Below are positions 28,230-39,200 of a stretch of DNA of 64,000 nt, piece by piece. Source of the DNA: a virus; the IMG/VR virus record IMGVR_UViG_3300032296_003714, positions 32,001-96,000 of that record; one strand, written 5' to 3'. A program made the translations under genes and the position numbers. The notes beneath the pieces are model-generated. The model did no database searches. It was given only the letters and a program-made list of their open reading frames with translations, and had not been told where the DNA came from. How positions within the stretch are numbered: the first letter of the stretch is position 1; each line of letters opens with the position of its first letter.

Positions 28230-31200
28230 ATGGCAACAGTACAAACTAATCAGAAAGTGTTTGTTTCTCCAGGTGTCTATACCTCAGAAACAGATTTGTC
28301 TTTTGTGGCTCAGAGTGTGGGTGTAACTACACTTGGTTTGGTTGGTGAGACTCTTAAGGGTCCAGCATTCGAACCTATTTTCATAACAAATTACGACGAG
28401 TTCCAAGCGTTCTTCGGAGGCTCAGAACCAACAAAATTTGTGAATACACAAATACCAAAATATGAAGCTTCATATATAGCTAAATCATATTTACAACAAT
28501 CTAACCAACTTTTCGTAACAAGAGTTTTAGGTTTATCAGGATACGACGCGGGTCCTTCTTGGACTTTAAAAGTCACGGCTAATGTTGACCCTGGAACAAT
28601 CGGGCTTGACCCAGCTGTAGGAACTCCGTGGACAATCAACTTTTCTGGTGTTGCTTCTGCAGATACGGTAACTCTAATAGGTTCTCTCCCTGATGAAATT
28701 AATAACTTGTTGAATACTCAGTATAGATTAAGTGATGGAAGTACTTCATCATTCAATCAAGACTTTAGTAATACACTCGATGCTTTTGCAACAACACCTA
28801 GTACAACAGGAACAACCGCAATAGTGTACGGTTCTATACCAAGTGCAGATTATGTAAGTCTAACATCTTTTCGTTCAACATTAACAAATGTATTTGGTGT
28901 TGATTCACTAAACTTAGATAATAATGATTTGTCTAGTAGTGACAATTACTCTTGGTTATATTCTAATTTCTCTAACTATAGTGGAAATGATTATTCAGGT
29001 TTCTCATTTGACTATATAGTGACAAGTTTTACAACAGGTGCTTCATCAACATATTCAGGTACCCTATCAGGTAATGTATATACATATTCAGGAAGTGCTT
29101 ACTCACAATATAATAATTTAGTTATCGCTACATTACGTTCTAGAGGTATTTCACTATATGATAGTAATAATCATGGACCACAGTATGAAGTTTCAGGAAC
29201 AACAGATTTGGAAATGGTTTGTACTGGTTCTTATTCGGGAGTATCAAGCAATCCATATTCAACATTCTTACTTTCAGGTGTGACAAAAGATGGTGACGAT
29301 TTCTCATTTGAAACATCATTGTCAAGTGTTAGTAGTAAGTTCTTACCAAAAGTTTTAGGATATGATAACTTCGGTAAATCAAGAAATGAAGTTCCAGTTT
29401 TCGTTGAGGAGATTTATCCTGTAGCTTTAGATTACCTTTACGACAAAGGTTATATCCGTGGTTTAAGTTGTGATTTAATTGCATTACCTGCAGCTAGTAC
29501 ATATAACGCAGATTCAATAGCTTGGAATCTTGAAAAATATACGACCCCTACTTCACCTTTTATTGTTTCAGAATTGAGAGGTAATAAAGTTTACAAATTA
29601 TTCAGATTTATTTCTATATCTGATGGTACTTCTGCAAACACTGAAATAAAGGTATCAATAGCAAATATTTCTTTTGCTAACTTATCTTTTGATGTATTAG
29701 TAAGAAGTTTCTTTGACACAGACCAAAACCCTGTGGTTATCGAGAAATATACAAATTGTACTATGGACCCAGCATCTAATAGTTTCGTAGGTAAGAAAAT
29801 AGGTTCTTTTGATGGAGAATACCCATTGGTTTCAAAATATATCATGGTTGAAATGTCCAAAGAAGCTCCTATAGATGCTTTACCTTGTGGATTCTATGGA
29901 TATGACCAAAGAATTTATGATACAACATCTAACTTATCACCTGTACCAGTGTATAAAACAAAATACGATTATCCTGGTGAACCAGTGTTTAACCCTCCTT
30001 TCGGTATTACCGCTTACGGAGCTAGTGTTAACGATTCTCCTGGTGATAATGTAAGAAGAACTTATTTAGGATTTTCAACTGTAGTAGGTGTTGATGAATC
30101 TTTCTTACAATATAAAGGTAAACAAAACCCTTCAGCTGCAACATGGGGAGTAGCATATGATTCTGTACCTTGGAATTATCTTACTCAAGGTTTCCATATG
30201 GACTCAGGAGCAACTGTTGTATCAATAGGTTCAGAATACGTGACTAGCGGAACTGCAGCATTCCAATGCGGAAGTGCGGAGTTCAGAGCAGAACCTGATA
30301 CTCAAGAAAATCCATACTATTATATCTACTCAAGAAAATACACAGTATGTTTTGCGGGTGGATTTGACGGATGGGATATCTATAGAGAATATAGGACAAA
30401 CCAAGATAGATTTAGACTTGGAGCGGCAGGTTACTTAGCAGGTGCTGCACCATCAACAAGATACCCAACAGCAACTGGTCAAGGTATGTTTAAGAGAATT
30501 GTGGTAGCCAAAAATACTCAAGACTTTGCAAACACTGACTACTACGCTTACCTATTAGGTATTCTATCTTTCTCAAACCCTGAATCTACAAACATCAATG
30601 TTTTTGCAACATCAAGTATTGATTATGTAAACAATGGTAAACTTGTGGAACAGGCGGTTAACATGGTACAGTTCTCAAGAGCGGACTCTGTGTACATCGC
30701 AACAACTCCTGACTACCCAATGTATCAGCCAGATTCAACTGACCCTGAATTGATTATTCAACCTCAAGAGGCGGTAGATAACTTAGATAACACAGGTCTT
30801 GATTCAAACTATACAGCTACTTACTATCCATGGATTTTGGTTAGGGATACTGTTAACAATACACAATTATATCTTCCACCAACAGGTGAGGTTTGTAGAA
30901 ACTTGGCTCTTACAGATAACATCGCATTCCCTTGGTTCGCATCGGCGGGTTACACAAGAGGTCTTGTAAACTCTGTTAAGGCAAGAGTTAAACTAACTCA
31001 AGAAGGTAGAGATATTCTTTATCAAGGTAGAATCAACCCAATCGCAACTTTCTCTGATGTAGGAACTGTAATTTGGGGTAACAAAACTCTACAAGTTGCT
31101 GACTCAGCACTTAACAGATTGAATGTTAGAAGATTACTACTTCAGGCTCGTAAGTTGATTTCAGCGGTAGCAGTTAGATTGTTGTTCGAACAAAACGACC

Positions 31201-31424
31201 AAATCGTTAGACAACAGTTCTTGGATAGTGTTAACCCAATCCTTGATTCAATCAGAAGAGACAGAGGTCTTTATGACTTCAGAGTAACGGTTTCTTCTTC
31301 ACCTGAAGATTTGGATAGAAACACACTAACAGGTAGAATTTATCTAAAACCAACGAAAGCACTTGAATTCATTGAGATTGAGTTCTTGATTACACCAACA
31401 GGTGCTTCGTTTGAAAATATCTAA
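28230..31424 (+). CDS. Contractile tail sheath protein (gp18-like) with large insertions
   Basis: FVSPGVYTSETDLS, GPAFEP, YYPWI, PWFASAGYTRG, INPI, WGNKTLQ, RLNVRRLL, FEQND, LKPTKALEFI. Confidence 0.95.
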   Translation: MATVQTNQKVFVSPGVYTSETDLSFVAQSVGVTTLGLVGETLKGPAFEPIFITNYDEFQAFFGGSEPTKFVNTQIPKYEASYIAKSYLQQSNQLFVTRVLGLSGYDAGPSWTLKVTANVDPGTIGLDPAVGTPWTINFSGVASADTVTLIGSLPDEINNLLNTQYRLSDGSTSSFNQDFSNTLDAFATTPSTTGTTAIVYGSIPSADYVSLTSFRSTLTNVFGVDSLNLDNNDLSSSDNYSWLYSNFSNYSGNDYSGFSFDYIVTSFTTGASSTYSGTLSGNVYTYSGSAYSQYNNLVIATLRSRGISLYDSNNHGPQYEVSGTTDLEMVCTGSYSGVSSNPYSTFLLSGVTKDGDDFSFETSLSSVSSKFLPKVLGYDNFGKSRNEVPVFVEEIYPVALDYLYDKGYIRGLSCDLIALPAASTYNADSIAWNLEKYTTPTSPFIVSELRGNKVYKLFRFISISDGTSANTEIKVSIANISFANLSFDVLVRSFFDTDQNPVVIEKYTNCTMDPASNSFVGKKIGSFDGEYPLVSKYIMVEMSKEAPIDALPCGFYGYDQRIYDTTSNLSPVPVYKTKYDYPGEPVFNPPFGITAYGASVNDSPGDNVRRTYLGFSTVVGVDESFLQYKGKQNPSAATWGVAYDSVPWNYLTQGFHMDSGATVVSIGSEYVTSGTAAFQCGSAEFRAEPDTQENPYYYIYSRKYTVCFAGGFDGWDIYREYRTNQDRFRLGAAGYLAGAAPSTRYPTATGQGMFKRIVVAKNTQDFANTDYYAYLLGILSFSNPESTNINVFATSSIDYVNNGKLVEQAVNMVQFSRADSVYIATTPDYPMYQPDSTDPELIIQPQEAVDNLDNTGLDSNYTATYYPWILVRDTVNNTQLYLPPTGEVCRNLALTDNIAFPWFASAGYTRGLVNSVKARVKLTQEGRDILYQGRINPIATFSDVGTVIWGNKTLQVADSALNRLNVRRLLLQARKLISAVAVRLLFEQNDQIVRQQFLDSVNPILDSIRRDRGLYDFRVTVSSSPEDLDRNTLTGRIYLKPTKALEFIEIEFLITPTGASFENI

Positions 31425-31443
31425 TAACAATTTAGATTATAGT

Positions 31444-31475
31444 AAAACCCCTCCATAGTGAGGGGTTTTTATTTT
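31444..31475 (+). terminator. Intrinsic terminator after the sheath gene
   Basis: AAAACCCCTC-CATAGT-GAGGGGTTTT plus a T-tract. Confidence 0.8.
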
Positions 31476-31493
31476 ATTTAATATTTATAAATC

Positions 31494-31871
31494 ATGAGAT
31501 ATATTATTTCTGAATCAAGATTGGAGGGAGCTCTGGAAAAAGTTTTTAATCAATATATAAATCTTGATGAGTTAAAATACTATCATCCTGTTGAGGAAAC
31601 AGAAGATGGTGAAGAATACGATGATACAAATAGAACTGCATTTTATTTAGGGGAAGACCCTTTGGATGGTGAACAGATTTTATGGTATTATGAGTGTGAT
31701 TATTTTGATGAAAATGCGGTAGATATAAGGAGAAACTGTCCATTGTTAAGAATAGAATCAAACATAAAAGATACATTTGACGGTATTTTTGGAGATTTTT
31801 GGGTTGAACCATTTAAGAAATGGATTAACTATTATTTGGATTTGAATGTCAAAAAAATTGATTATTTATAA
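31494..31871 (+). CDS. Hypothetical acidic protein
   Basis: 125 aa; N-terminal YIISESRL; own TATTTAT element. Confidence 0.65.
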   Translation: MRYIISESRLEGALEKVFNQYINLDELKYYHPVEETEDGEEYDDTNRTAFYLGEDPLDGEQILWYYECDYFDENAVDIRRNCPLLRIESNIKDTFDGIFGDFWVEPFKKWINYYLDLNVKKIDYL

Positions 31872-31890
31872 GTTTTAATATTTATATCAT

Positions 31891-32715
31891 ATGGTTTACA
31901 TTATTAAAGAAGGTTTTAAGGATGAGGCAACACCAATAATGAAATATTATGCCTTTGATTGGGATGATAATATTGTTCACATGCCGACAAAGATTATGTT
32001 GAAAACTGAAAATGGTGATGAGATTGGTATGAGTACGGACGATTTTGCAAAGTACAGACATGATATTGGAAAAAAACCTGTTCAATACAACGGTGAAAAA
32101 ATTGTTGGTTTTTCGGATAATGCGTTCAGAAATTTCAAAACTGCGGGAGACAAACAATTTATTATTGATTCAATGAAAGCTAAATTAGGTCCTGCGTTTG
32201 ATGATTTTAGAGAAGCGATAAACAACGGGTCAATTTTTGCGATAATCACGGCTAGAGGTCACAACCCTAACACACTAAAACAAGCGATTTATAATTATAT
32301 CGTTAGTGGTTTCGGCGGGATAGACAAAGATGAATTATTAAAAAACTTAAGAAAGTATAGAACTTTTGTGGATGAAGAGGATATGTCAGACAATGAATTG
32401 ATTAAAAGTTATTTGGAGTTGAACAAATATCACCCTGTAACTTTTGGTCAAGGTGGGGCTGAAAATCCTGAAGAATTAAAAGTTATGGCAATGGATGATT
32501 TTGTATCTTATATTAAAGGAATGTCCGCAGTTCTCAATAAGAAGGCGTATATAAAAAAAGATATAGGAAATAAATTTATACCATCTAAACCAACTATAGG
32601 GTTTTCAGATGATGACCCTAGAAATGTAGAAGTAATGAAAAAGCATTTTGAAGATAAACCGGATAAAATGGTAAAGACTTATTCTACTGCAACTGGAACT
32701 AAAAAAGAAGTATAA
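31891..32715 (+). CDS. HAD-superfamily phosphatase-like protein
   Basis: Motif I AFDWDDNI, motif II ITARG, a conserved K, motif IV GFSDDD. Confidence 0.65.
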   Translation: MVYIIKEGFKDEATPIMKYYAFDWDDNIVHMPTKIMLKTENGDEIGMSTDDFAKYRHDIGKKPVQYNGEKIVGFSDNAFRNFKTAGDKQFIIDSMKAKLGPAFDDFREAINNGSIFAIITARGHNPNTLKQAIYNYIVSGFGGIDKDELLKNLRKYRTFVDEEDMSDNELIKSYLELNKYHPVTFGQGGAENPEELKVMAMDDFVSYIKGMSAVLNKKAYIKKDIGNKFIPSKPTIGFSDDDPRNVEVMKKHFEDKPDKMVKTYSTATGTKKEV

Positions 32716-32810
32716 TTAATAATAATTTTTTGAAAAACGAAAGTAAATAGAAAAATTTTTAAACTGATTATATTTATAACATATAAACAAAGAAATTAAA
32801 AAATTATTAT

Positions 32811-33299
32811 ATGGCTGATTTATTAATGAAAATGCCTCTACCTTATGAACCGAAAAGACAAAATCGTTTCATTTTAAGGTTCCCTAGTACACTAGGTATA
32901 AATGAGTGGTTTGTAGAGACATCTAAGAGACCTAGTATTAAAATCAAAGAAACTGAAATTCCTTTTTTAAATACATCAACATTCGTTGCGGGCAGATTCA
33001 ACTGGGATGCAATTCCTGTTACATTCAGAGACCCAATCGGACCTTCTGCAGCTCAAGCTCTTATGGAGTGGGTTCGTTTACATGCTGAGTCTGTTACAGG
33101 TCGTATGGGTTATGCTGCGGGTTACAAAAAAGACATCGACATTGAAATGTTGGACCCGACAGGTGTGGTAGTTGAAAAGTGGATTCTATACGGAACTTTC
33201 TTAACGGGAGTAGACTTTGGTGTATTAAACTACGCTCAAGACGGACTTTCAACTATAAGTGCAACACTTAGAATGGATAGATGTGTGTTAGTTTACTAA
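32811..33299 (+). CDS. Tail tube protein (gp19-like)
   Basis: YEPKRQNRF, AGRFNWDAIPVTFRDPI, YKKD, LDPTG..VEKW.L.G. Confidence 0.9.
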   Translation: MADLLMKMPLPYEPKRQNRFILRFPSTLGINEWFVETSKRPSIKIKETEIPFLNTSTFVAGRFNWDAIPVTFRDPIGPSAAQALMEWVRLHAESVTGRMGYAAGYKKDIDIEMLDPTGVVVEKWILYGTFLTGVDFGVLNYAQDGLSTISATLRMDRCVLVY

Positions 33300-33331
33300 T
33301 ACTATTTATAAAAAATCAATACTAATTATAT

Positions 33332-33372
33332 TTAACCCTAAAGGTAATAAACTTTTAGGGTTAATTTTTTTA
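33332..33372 (+). terminator. Terminator/attenuator hairpin between the tube and chaperone genes
   Basis: TTAACCCTAAA...TTTAGGGTTAA followed by a T-run. Confidence 0.6.
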
Positions 33373-33373
33373 T

Positions 33374-34117
33374 ATGGATGAACAATCAAGAATATATGGT
33401 CAACAAAATTTGACACTACCACACGATGTGGTTCCTTTACCATCAGAAGGTGTTTTTTATAAAAACAAGAAAAAATCATTAAAGGTCGGATATTTGACTG
33501 CCTCTGACGAAAATATACTTTTGGCTGGTGGCATGGATATTACAACAAATTTATTAAGAAACAAAATTTACGAACCTGATATTAGGGTTGATGATTTATT
33601 GGAAGGTGATGTTGAAGCAATATTAATCTTCTTGAGAAATACCGCTTTCGGTCCGGAAATGGAGTTAACATTAACAGACCCAAAAACATCCAAAAAGTTT
33701 AATGCATCTGTAATGTTAGATTCACTATCTGTAATTAAAGGGCAAGAGCCATCACCTGATGGAACTTTCACAACCACACTTCCAAAAAGTGAAAGTGTTA
33801 TTAAATTGAAACCCTTAACGTATGGTGAGATTATTGAAATTAACAGAATGGCTGAATCATACCCACAAGGTAGAGTATATCCAAAAGTCACGAATAAATT
33901 ACAAAAACAAATCGTTGAAATAAATGGTGTTTCTGATAAAATAGAAATTGCTAAATTTGTGGAACAGATGCCAATTATGGACTCAAAGTTCATTCAAAAA
34001 TTTATTAATGAAAACGAACCTAAATTGGATATGGCTAAATATGTTACAACCCCATCAGGAGAAAAACTACAAGTTAATGTAGGTTTTGGGGTAGACTTTT
34101 TTCGCCCTTTCTTCTGA
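33374..34117 (+). CDS. Tail assembly chaperone / baseplate hub assembly protein (gp26-like)
   Basis: VPLPSEG..Y, LTASDENIL, LLEGDVEAILIFLR...FG, C-terminal DFFRP; located between the tube and tape measure genes. Confidence 0.75.
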   Translation: MDEQSRIYGQQNLTLPHDVVPLPSEGVFYKNKKKSLKVGYLTASDENILLAGGMDITTNLLRNKIYEPDIRVDDLLEGDVEAILIFLRNTAFGPEMELTLTDPKTSKKFNASVMLDSLSVIKGQEPSPDGTFTTTLPKSESVIKLKPLTYGEIIEINRMAESYPQGRVYPKVTNKLQKQIVEINGVSDKIEIAKFVEQMPIMDSKFIQKFINENEPKLDMAKYVTTPSGEKLQVNVGFGVDFFRPFF

Positions 34118-34256
34118 GTATAGAAAGGGGCAAATAGATGAGTTCTATTATCTATCAACTTTATTCCATGTTAGTTGGTCTGATTTTGAAAAAATGCCTC
34201 TTTTTGTGAGAAAATATTTGTTAGATAAATGGTACGAAGTCAATAAGAAGGACTGA
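34095..34256 (+). CDS. Start-less +1 frame: predicted frameshift extension of the tail chaperone (not in the ORF track)
   Basis: 53 open codons from just after TAG (34092-94): TFFALSSEYRKGQIDEFYYLSTLFHVSWSDFEKMPLFVRKYLLDKWYEVNKKD*. Confidence 0.7.
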   Translation, partial: TFFALSSEYRKGQIDEFYYLSTLFHVSWSDFEKMPLFVRKYLLDKWYEVNKKD

Positions 34257-34272
34257 ATTTTCAGTCCTTCTT
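34245..34272 (+). terminator. Perfect 12-bp hairpin over the stop of the +1 frame
   Basis: AAGAAGGACTGA-ATTT-TCAGTCCTTCTT. Confidence 0.6.
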
Positions 34273-34297
34273 CTATTTATAATATAAATAATTTTTA

Positions 34298-36259
34298 ATG
34301 CCAGGAATCTTTGATGATATAGTAAAACTTTTTGCACCCCTCGGAGAAGTATTACCAACAGGAGCAAGAGTTGGGGAAATATTCAAAACTGTAATTGGCG
34401 GTACAGACGAGATAAATTCTAGGTTTACCCAAGGTAGACAAAGAGTAACTGAATTTAGTGCGGCAATTGGTGATAGTATTCCGATGGTAGAGCGATTGGG
34501 TGGTACTGCAAAAGATGCTGTTGGTGTCATTGATGATGTTGCAGCTGCGACAAAAAGAAATGTGGTTGCAAGTGCTGAGGAAGTGTCAAAATTATATTCT
34601 GTACAACAATTAACAGGAACAGACGCTAAAAGACTTGTTGAAACATTCCAAAATGTAGGTATTCAGTTTTCACAAATAAGTGACCATGTAGGTGAATCGA
34701 TAAAATATATACAAAGTGTTGGTGGTAATGCTAGAGATATAATGAGGGAAGTTAATGGGTATGTTGAAAAAATTAACCAATATAATTTTCAGGATGGTGT
34801 ATTAGGTCTTACTAGAATGGCAACACAAGCACAGCTATTGAAGTTTGATATGGGTAGTACTTTGGGTTTTGCTGAAAAAGTTATGGACCCCGAAGGCGCA
34901 ATTAAAATGGCATCTGCCTTTCAAAGACTTGGAGTTGCTGCTGGAGATTTAACTGACCCATTCCAATTGATGTATAAGTCATTAAATGACCCCGAAGGAT
35001 TACAAAATAGTATTGTCAACATGACAAAACAATTTACCTATTTTGATGAGAAGGCAAATGCTTTCAAAATAAATCCGCAGGGTATGTTAATGTTAAGACA
35101 AATAGGTACTGAAGCGGGAATAAGTAGTACTGAACTATCTAAGATGGCATTAAATGCTGCAGATTTAGATAAAAAAATCTCACAAATATCACCATCTTTC
35201 GATTTCGAAAACGAAGAAGACAAACAATATATTGCTAATATTGCTAAGATGGGTAAAGGTGGTGAATATGAAATAACTGTTAAAGATGAAAAAACGGGAA
35301 AAGATAAGACTATCCTTTTACAAGAAGCAACAAATGAACAATTACAAGAATTAATAGATAGGCAAAAGGAAGGTAGAGAAGACCAAACAGTAGAAGATAT
35401 ACAAAAATTACAAATAGATGCTTTGAGTGCTGTTGTTAATGAATTGAAAGCGACAAGGGATGAATATATTGCAGGTGCTGCATCATCTAGAGAACTTACA
35501 AAAGCTCTAAACGGAATGGAACTCAGACTTTCGGCTTTGAATGCAATACAAGAATTTAAAGAAAAAAAAGGGATTGATAAAACAACAACAACAACTATTA
35601 GAGATGAGGTAGATAAAAATGTACCTCTTGTCATGAAGATGATTACGGACTTTTTTACTCAGGATAAAGAAAAGATGAAAGAAGATTTAAAAGTTCTTAT
35701 TGAGCAGATAAAAGTTTTTAGTAAAGAATCTTTGAAAGAAGTTGCGGAAGGAATTAAAAAGGCTTTGGAAATTTTAAAGGATAAGGCTCAGGGTAAGGCT
35801 TCAGGTGGATATGTCTATGGTAAAGGGACACAAACCTCAGATTCAATACCTACTTTATTAAGTAATGGTGAGTTTGTTGTTAACGCAGCGTCAACAGCTG
35901 CTTTTGGACCACTATTAGAAACTATCAACGAAAACCCTAACTATGATTTGAAACCGTTTGCAAATCAAGGATTGGAGCTCAAAAACACCAACGATATTGC
36001 AGCTTCAACCATAACCAACAGAAGTATAACGGAACAAATATCCAATTTGAACACATCTACATCTAATACTGAAACAAAAACGAGTAAAATTGAATTTGGA
36101 GAAATTTCACCGCTTAAAGTGATTTTTGAAAAAGGACCAGGATTTTCAGACAGTGATATGGCAATGCTCGAATATAATCTTGGTAAGAGTAATATTACAG
36201 AACAACTAACTAAGAGCATATCGGAAAAACTAAAGGTTTTACAAGTTAAAGAGGCATAA
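34298..36259 (+). CDS. Tape measure protein
   Basis: Helical Ala/Gly/Lys-rich protein after the chaperone; ASGGYVYGKGTQTSDSIPTLLSNGEFVVNA is a typical tape-measure C-terminal motif. Confidence 0.8.
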   Translation: MPGIFDDIVKLFAPLGEVLPTGARVGEIFKTVIGGTDEINSRFTQGRQRVTEFSAAIGDSIPMVERLGGTAKDAVGVIDDVAAATKRNVVASAEEVSKLYSVQQLTGTDAKRLVETFQNVGIQFSQISDHVGESIKYIQSVGGNARDIMREVNGYVEKINQYNFQDGVLGLTRMATQAQLLKFDMGSTLGFAEKVMDPEGAIKMASAFQRLGVAAGDLTDPFQLMYKSLNDPEGLQNSIVNMTKQFTYFDEKANAFKINPQGMLMLRQIGTEAGISSTELSKMALNAADLDKKISQISPSFDFENEEDKQYIANIAKMGKGGEYEITVKDEKTGKDKTILLQEATNEQLQELIDRQKEGREDQTVEDIQKLQIDALSAVVNELKATRDEYIAGAASSRELTKALNGMELRLSALNAIQEFKEKKGIDKTTTTTIRDEVDKNVPLVMKMITDFFTQDKEKMKEDLKVLIEQIKVFSKESLKEVAEGIKKALEILKDKAQGKASGGYVYGKGTQTSDSIPTLLSNGEFVVNAASTAAFGPLLETINENPNYDLKPFANQGLELKNTNDIAASTITNRSITEQISNLNTSTSNTETKTSKIEFGEISPLKVIFEKGPGFSDSDMAMLEYNLGKSNITEQLTKSISEKLKVLQVKEA

Positions 36260-36298
36260 TAAAAAATGTTAGTTAGCTATTTATTATAAAATAATTAA

Positions 36299-39200
36299 AT
36301 GGCAAGTCCATTACTAGTCACATCAGAGGTTTTTAGAAAGAAAATTCTTGTTAAAAATTTGACCCCTTATAACAAGTCGCCTAGGAAAATTGTGCCTCCT
36401 GTAGACTACCCTACAAATATATCTGATTTAGCGGTTAAAGATTCCCCTGACGATTTAATTGACACACCAATCTTTGCGAAAGAACTTTATACTAAAAACC
36501 AATATGGTGCTGAGGGAGGTTATAAACAAGTGCCTGACCCAGGAGCTTTGCTTAATACTAAATCTAATGAAGGCGAGTATGGACCAGGCCAACAAGATGC
36601 TAAAATTTTAGACCAAGGATTTTCTGAATCAAAAAAATGGAAACCATTAAACGCTTATGCTAACGGACCAACAGTTGTCGACTCAGCAGAAGCATTTTCA
36701 ACTTTAGACATTGTTTATCCAAACGGAGGCAGAACCCCAAACGGTCAACCATACCCAACAACATTTAACCCTTCATCATATAGTCCTGTATCAATATTAC
36801 TAACATCTGACCCACAGGGTAGTAATGGTTTGTTGAGTGCTGACTCGTATATTGCTAGATTAGGTGCCACAGTATTAAGAAAAGAATTTGAAACTAGAAT
36901 TGGTAATGAGATTAGACAAAACACAATTGCACGAGCAAACATATTCAATGTTAGAAGTGGTACCGACCTATTGAACATTGTTACAGGTAGAGTTCCTTTG
37001 ATACAGCCTGATTATAGAATTACAGTACCTGCAAATCCTATATTAGCGGCAACTGATTTTGCTTTAAGGTTGGCTGGTAGTATATTACCCGTATCACCTA
37101 TTGTTGGTTCATATTGGGATACTAGCATTAATTCAGGGCAACCAACAACAATACAACAATTAACAAATGCTTTCAAAAGGAGCGGAACAGGTAAGTTCTT
37201 CTCAAGGGTACTTGGTTTTAACAAAACAGGCTCACAACTTTTTTTGAATAACACAGGTGGAGGACAAAAATCAAGATTATTTGATAACCTTGACTATAAC
37301 AAATACAAACCAAACTATACAAGAACTATATTAGATAGACTCGGTGGCGCAATAGTAGGAACAACATCAACTGTTAGTAACTATTATATTGGTTCAATAA
37401 CATCAGACCCATCAAGAATACTTTCTCCTGGTGGTGATGTCCCTGTGGATAGTTTCGCTAGAGAAGTTAGTACACCTGTATATGGACCAACCGAGTTGGC
37501 TCAACTATACGAAGGACCTTCAAGAAGTAGTAGATTAGGTGCTAACGGACCATCATATGGTAATGGTGGTGGTGTTGAAGGTGGATTTACTTGGGTCTCA
37601 CCAAAATATAAAGGAAATGCGGGTAAGAAAGTCGGTATTGGTGGAGAAATTATACAACAAGACGAAGACTTTAAACCCTCTTCATATAACTCAACTGAAT
37701 CTACAAATTCAGAATTTAGAGACGGTTCAATACTTGATGACACACAAAGATTGATTGATAGTCAACCATCTGGAGGTAGAAGACTACAACATGTGGGAAA
37801 TGCTATAGACCAAGTAAGTAAAGTTTTCCATGATGGATATAAAGAAATAACTAAAGGTTCACAGGTTATAAAATACACAGGTGCAATAGGACAAGAGGTT
37901 GGTTATGAATACTGTAGAGTTTTTACTAAAGACGTACCATACCTCCAATACAATGATTTACAAAAAGTTGATGGTATCACGACCTCAGGTAGAAAAATAT
38001 CATATTCAGTGTTGGATAATACATACAATCTAAACATATTTCCAAATAAAAAAGATAGTGCTGGTAATTCGACTAATTTAGTCGGTGACAATGAGAACAC
38101 TTATTATGCTAAGAAATATATGTTTTCTTTGGAAAATTTGGCGTGGAGAACATCAAGTACACCTGGATATACTGTATCAGATTTGCCTGTTTGTGAGAGA
38201 GGACCTAATGGTGGTAGGGTAATGTGGTTTCCACCTTACGACCTAAAGTTTTCAGAAACTAATACCGCTTCATGGAAAGATTCCTCTTTCATAGGAAGAC
38301 CCGAACCAGTCTATACTTATTCAAACACAAGAAGAACAGGTTCACTGTCTTGGAAAATTGTTGTAGACCATCCATCAGTTCTAAATCTGATTGTAAATAA
38401 AGTTCTAAATAATGAAACAAACAATTCAAGAATTGATAATATGATTAATTCTTTCTTTGCGGGTTGTTTAAAATATGACTTATATGAGTTGGCGGAAAAA
38501 TATCCGTTGGCGAATCCCAATGAGTTATATAATATCCAAAGAGAACTTGATGCTGGTAAATTAAGTAAAGAACAAGTACAAACAGTAAAGAATACTTTGA
38601 CAACTGGTAATGAATCACCAACAGGTCAAGAAATGAGTGTTAAAAGTAATGTTGATTTAAATACAAATAATATTCAAACAGCGTTAACAGGTATAGGTTT
38701 TTATTTTGAAAATGAAGAACCTGATAATAGTTCATCATCGTTTTCATCTTTATACGATACATATATTTTAAGAAAACCTGTAATTATTGACCAGTCCCCA
38801 ACAGTTACAGACCCATATAATAGTGGACCACAACAGGTATCGACATTTTTCAATAATGTTGTTCAGTGGAATTACGAACAGTTCAATAAAAATTTGACTG
38901 ACATATACAATGGATTTAATAGTGGTAATATAGAAAAGGTCATATTTAATTTAGCAGGAACCACAAGTAGTTCAACTAATAGACAATATAACAATAGAGT
39001 TAACTCAAACAGGATAGAATCTATTAAAACGTATATTAAAAATTATAAACCTGGAGGAGCCCAAAAAACTTTGGGTCAAATTTCCGAAAGCAGAATAACT
39101 TATGTTACGGCAGCTTCAGAATCTTCAGTAAGAACAAAATCAAGTTCGGGATACGGAGAGTCTTATAATTGTGGTGAAAAAGATACAAAAAAAACAGACT

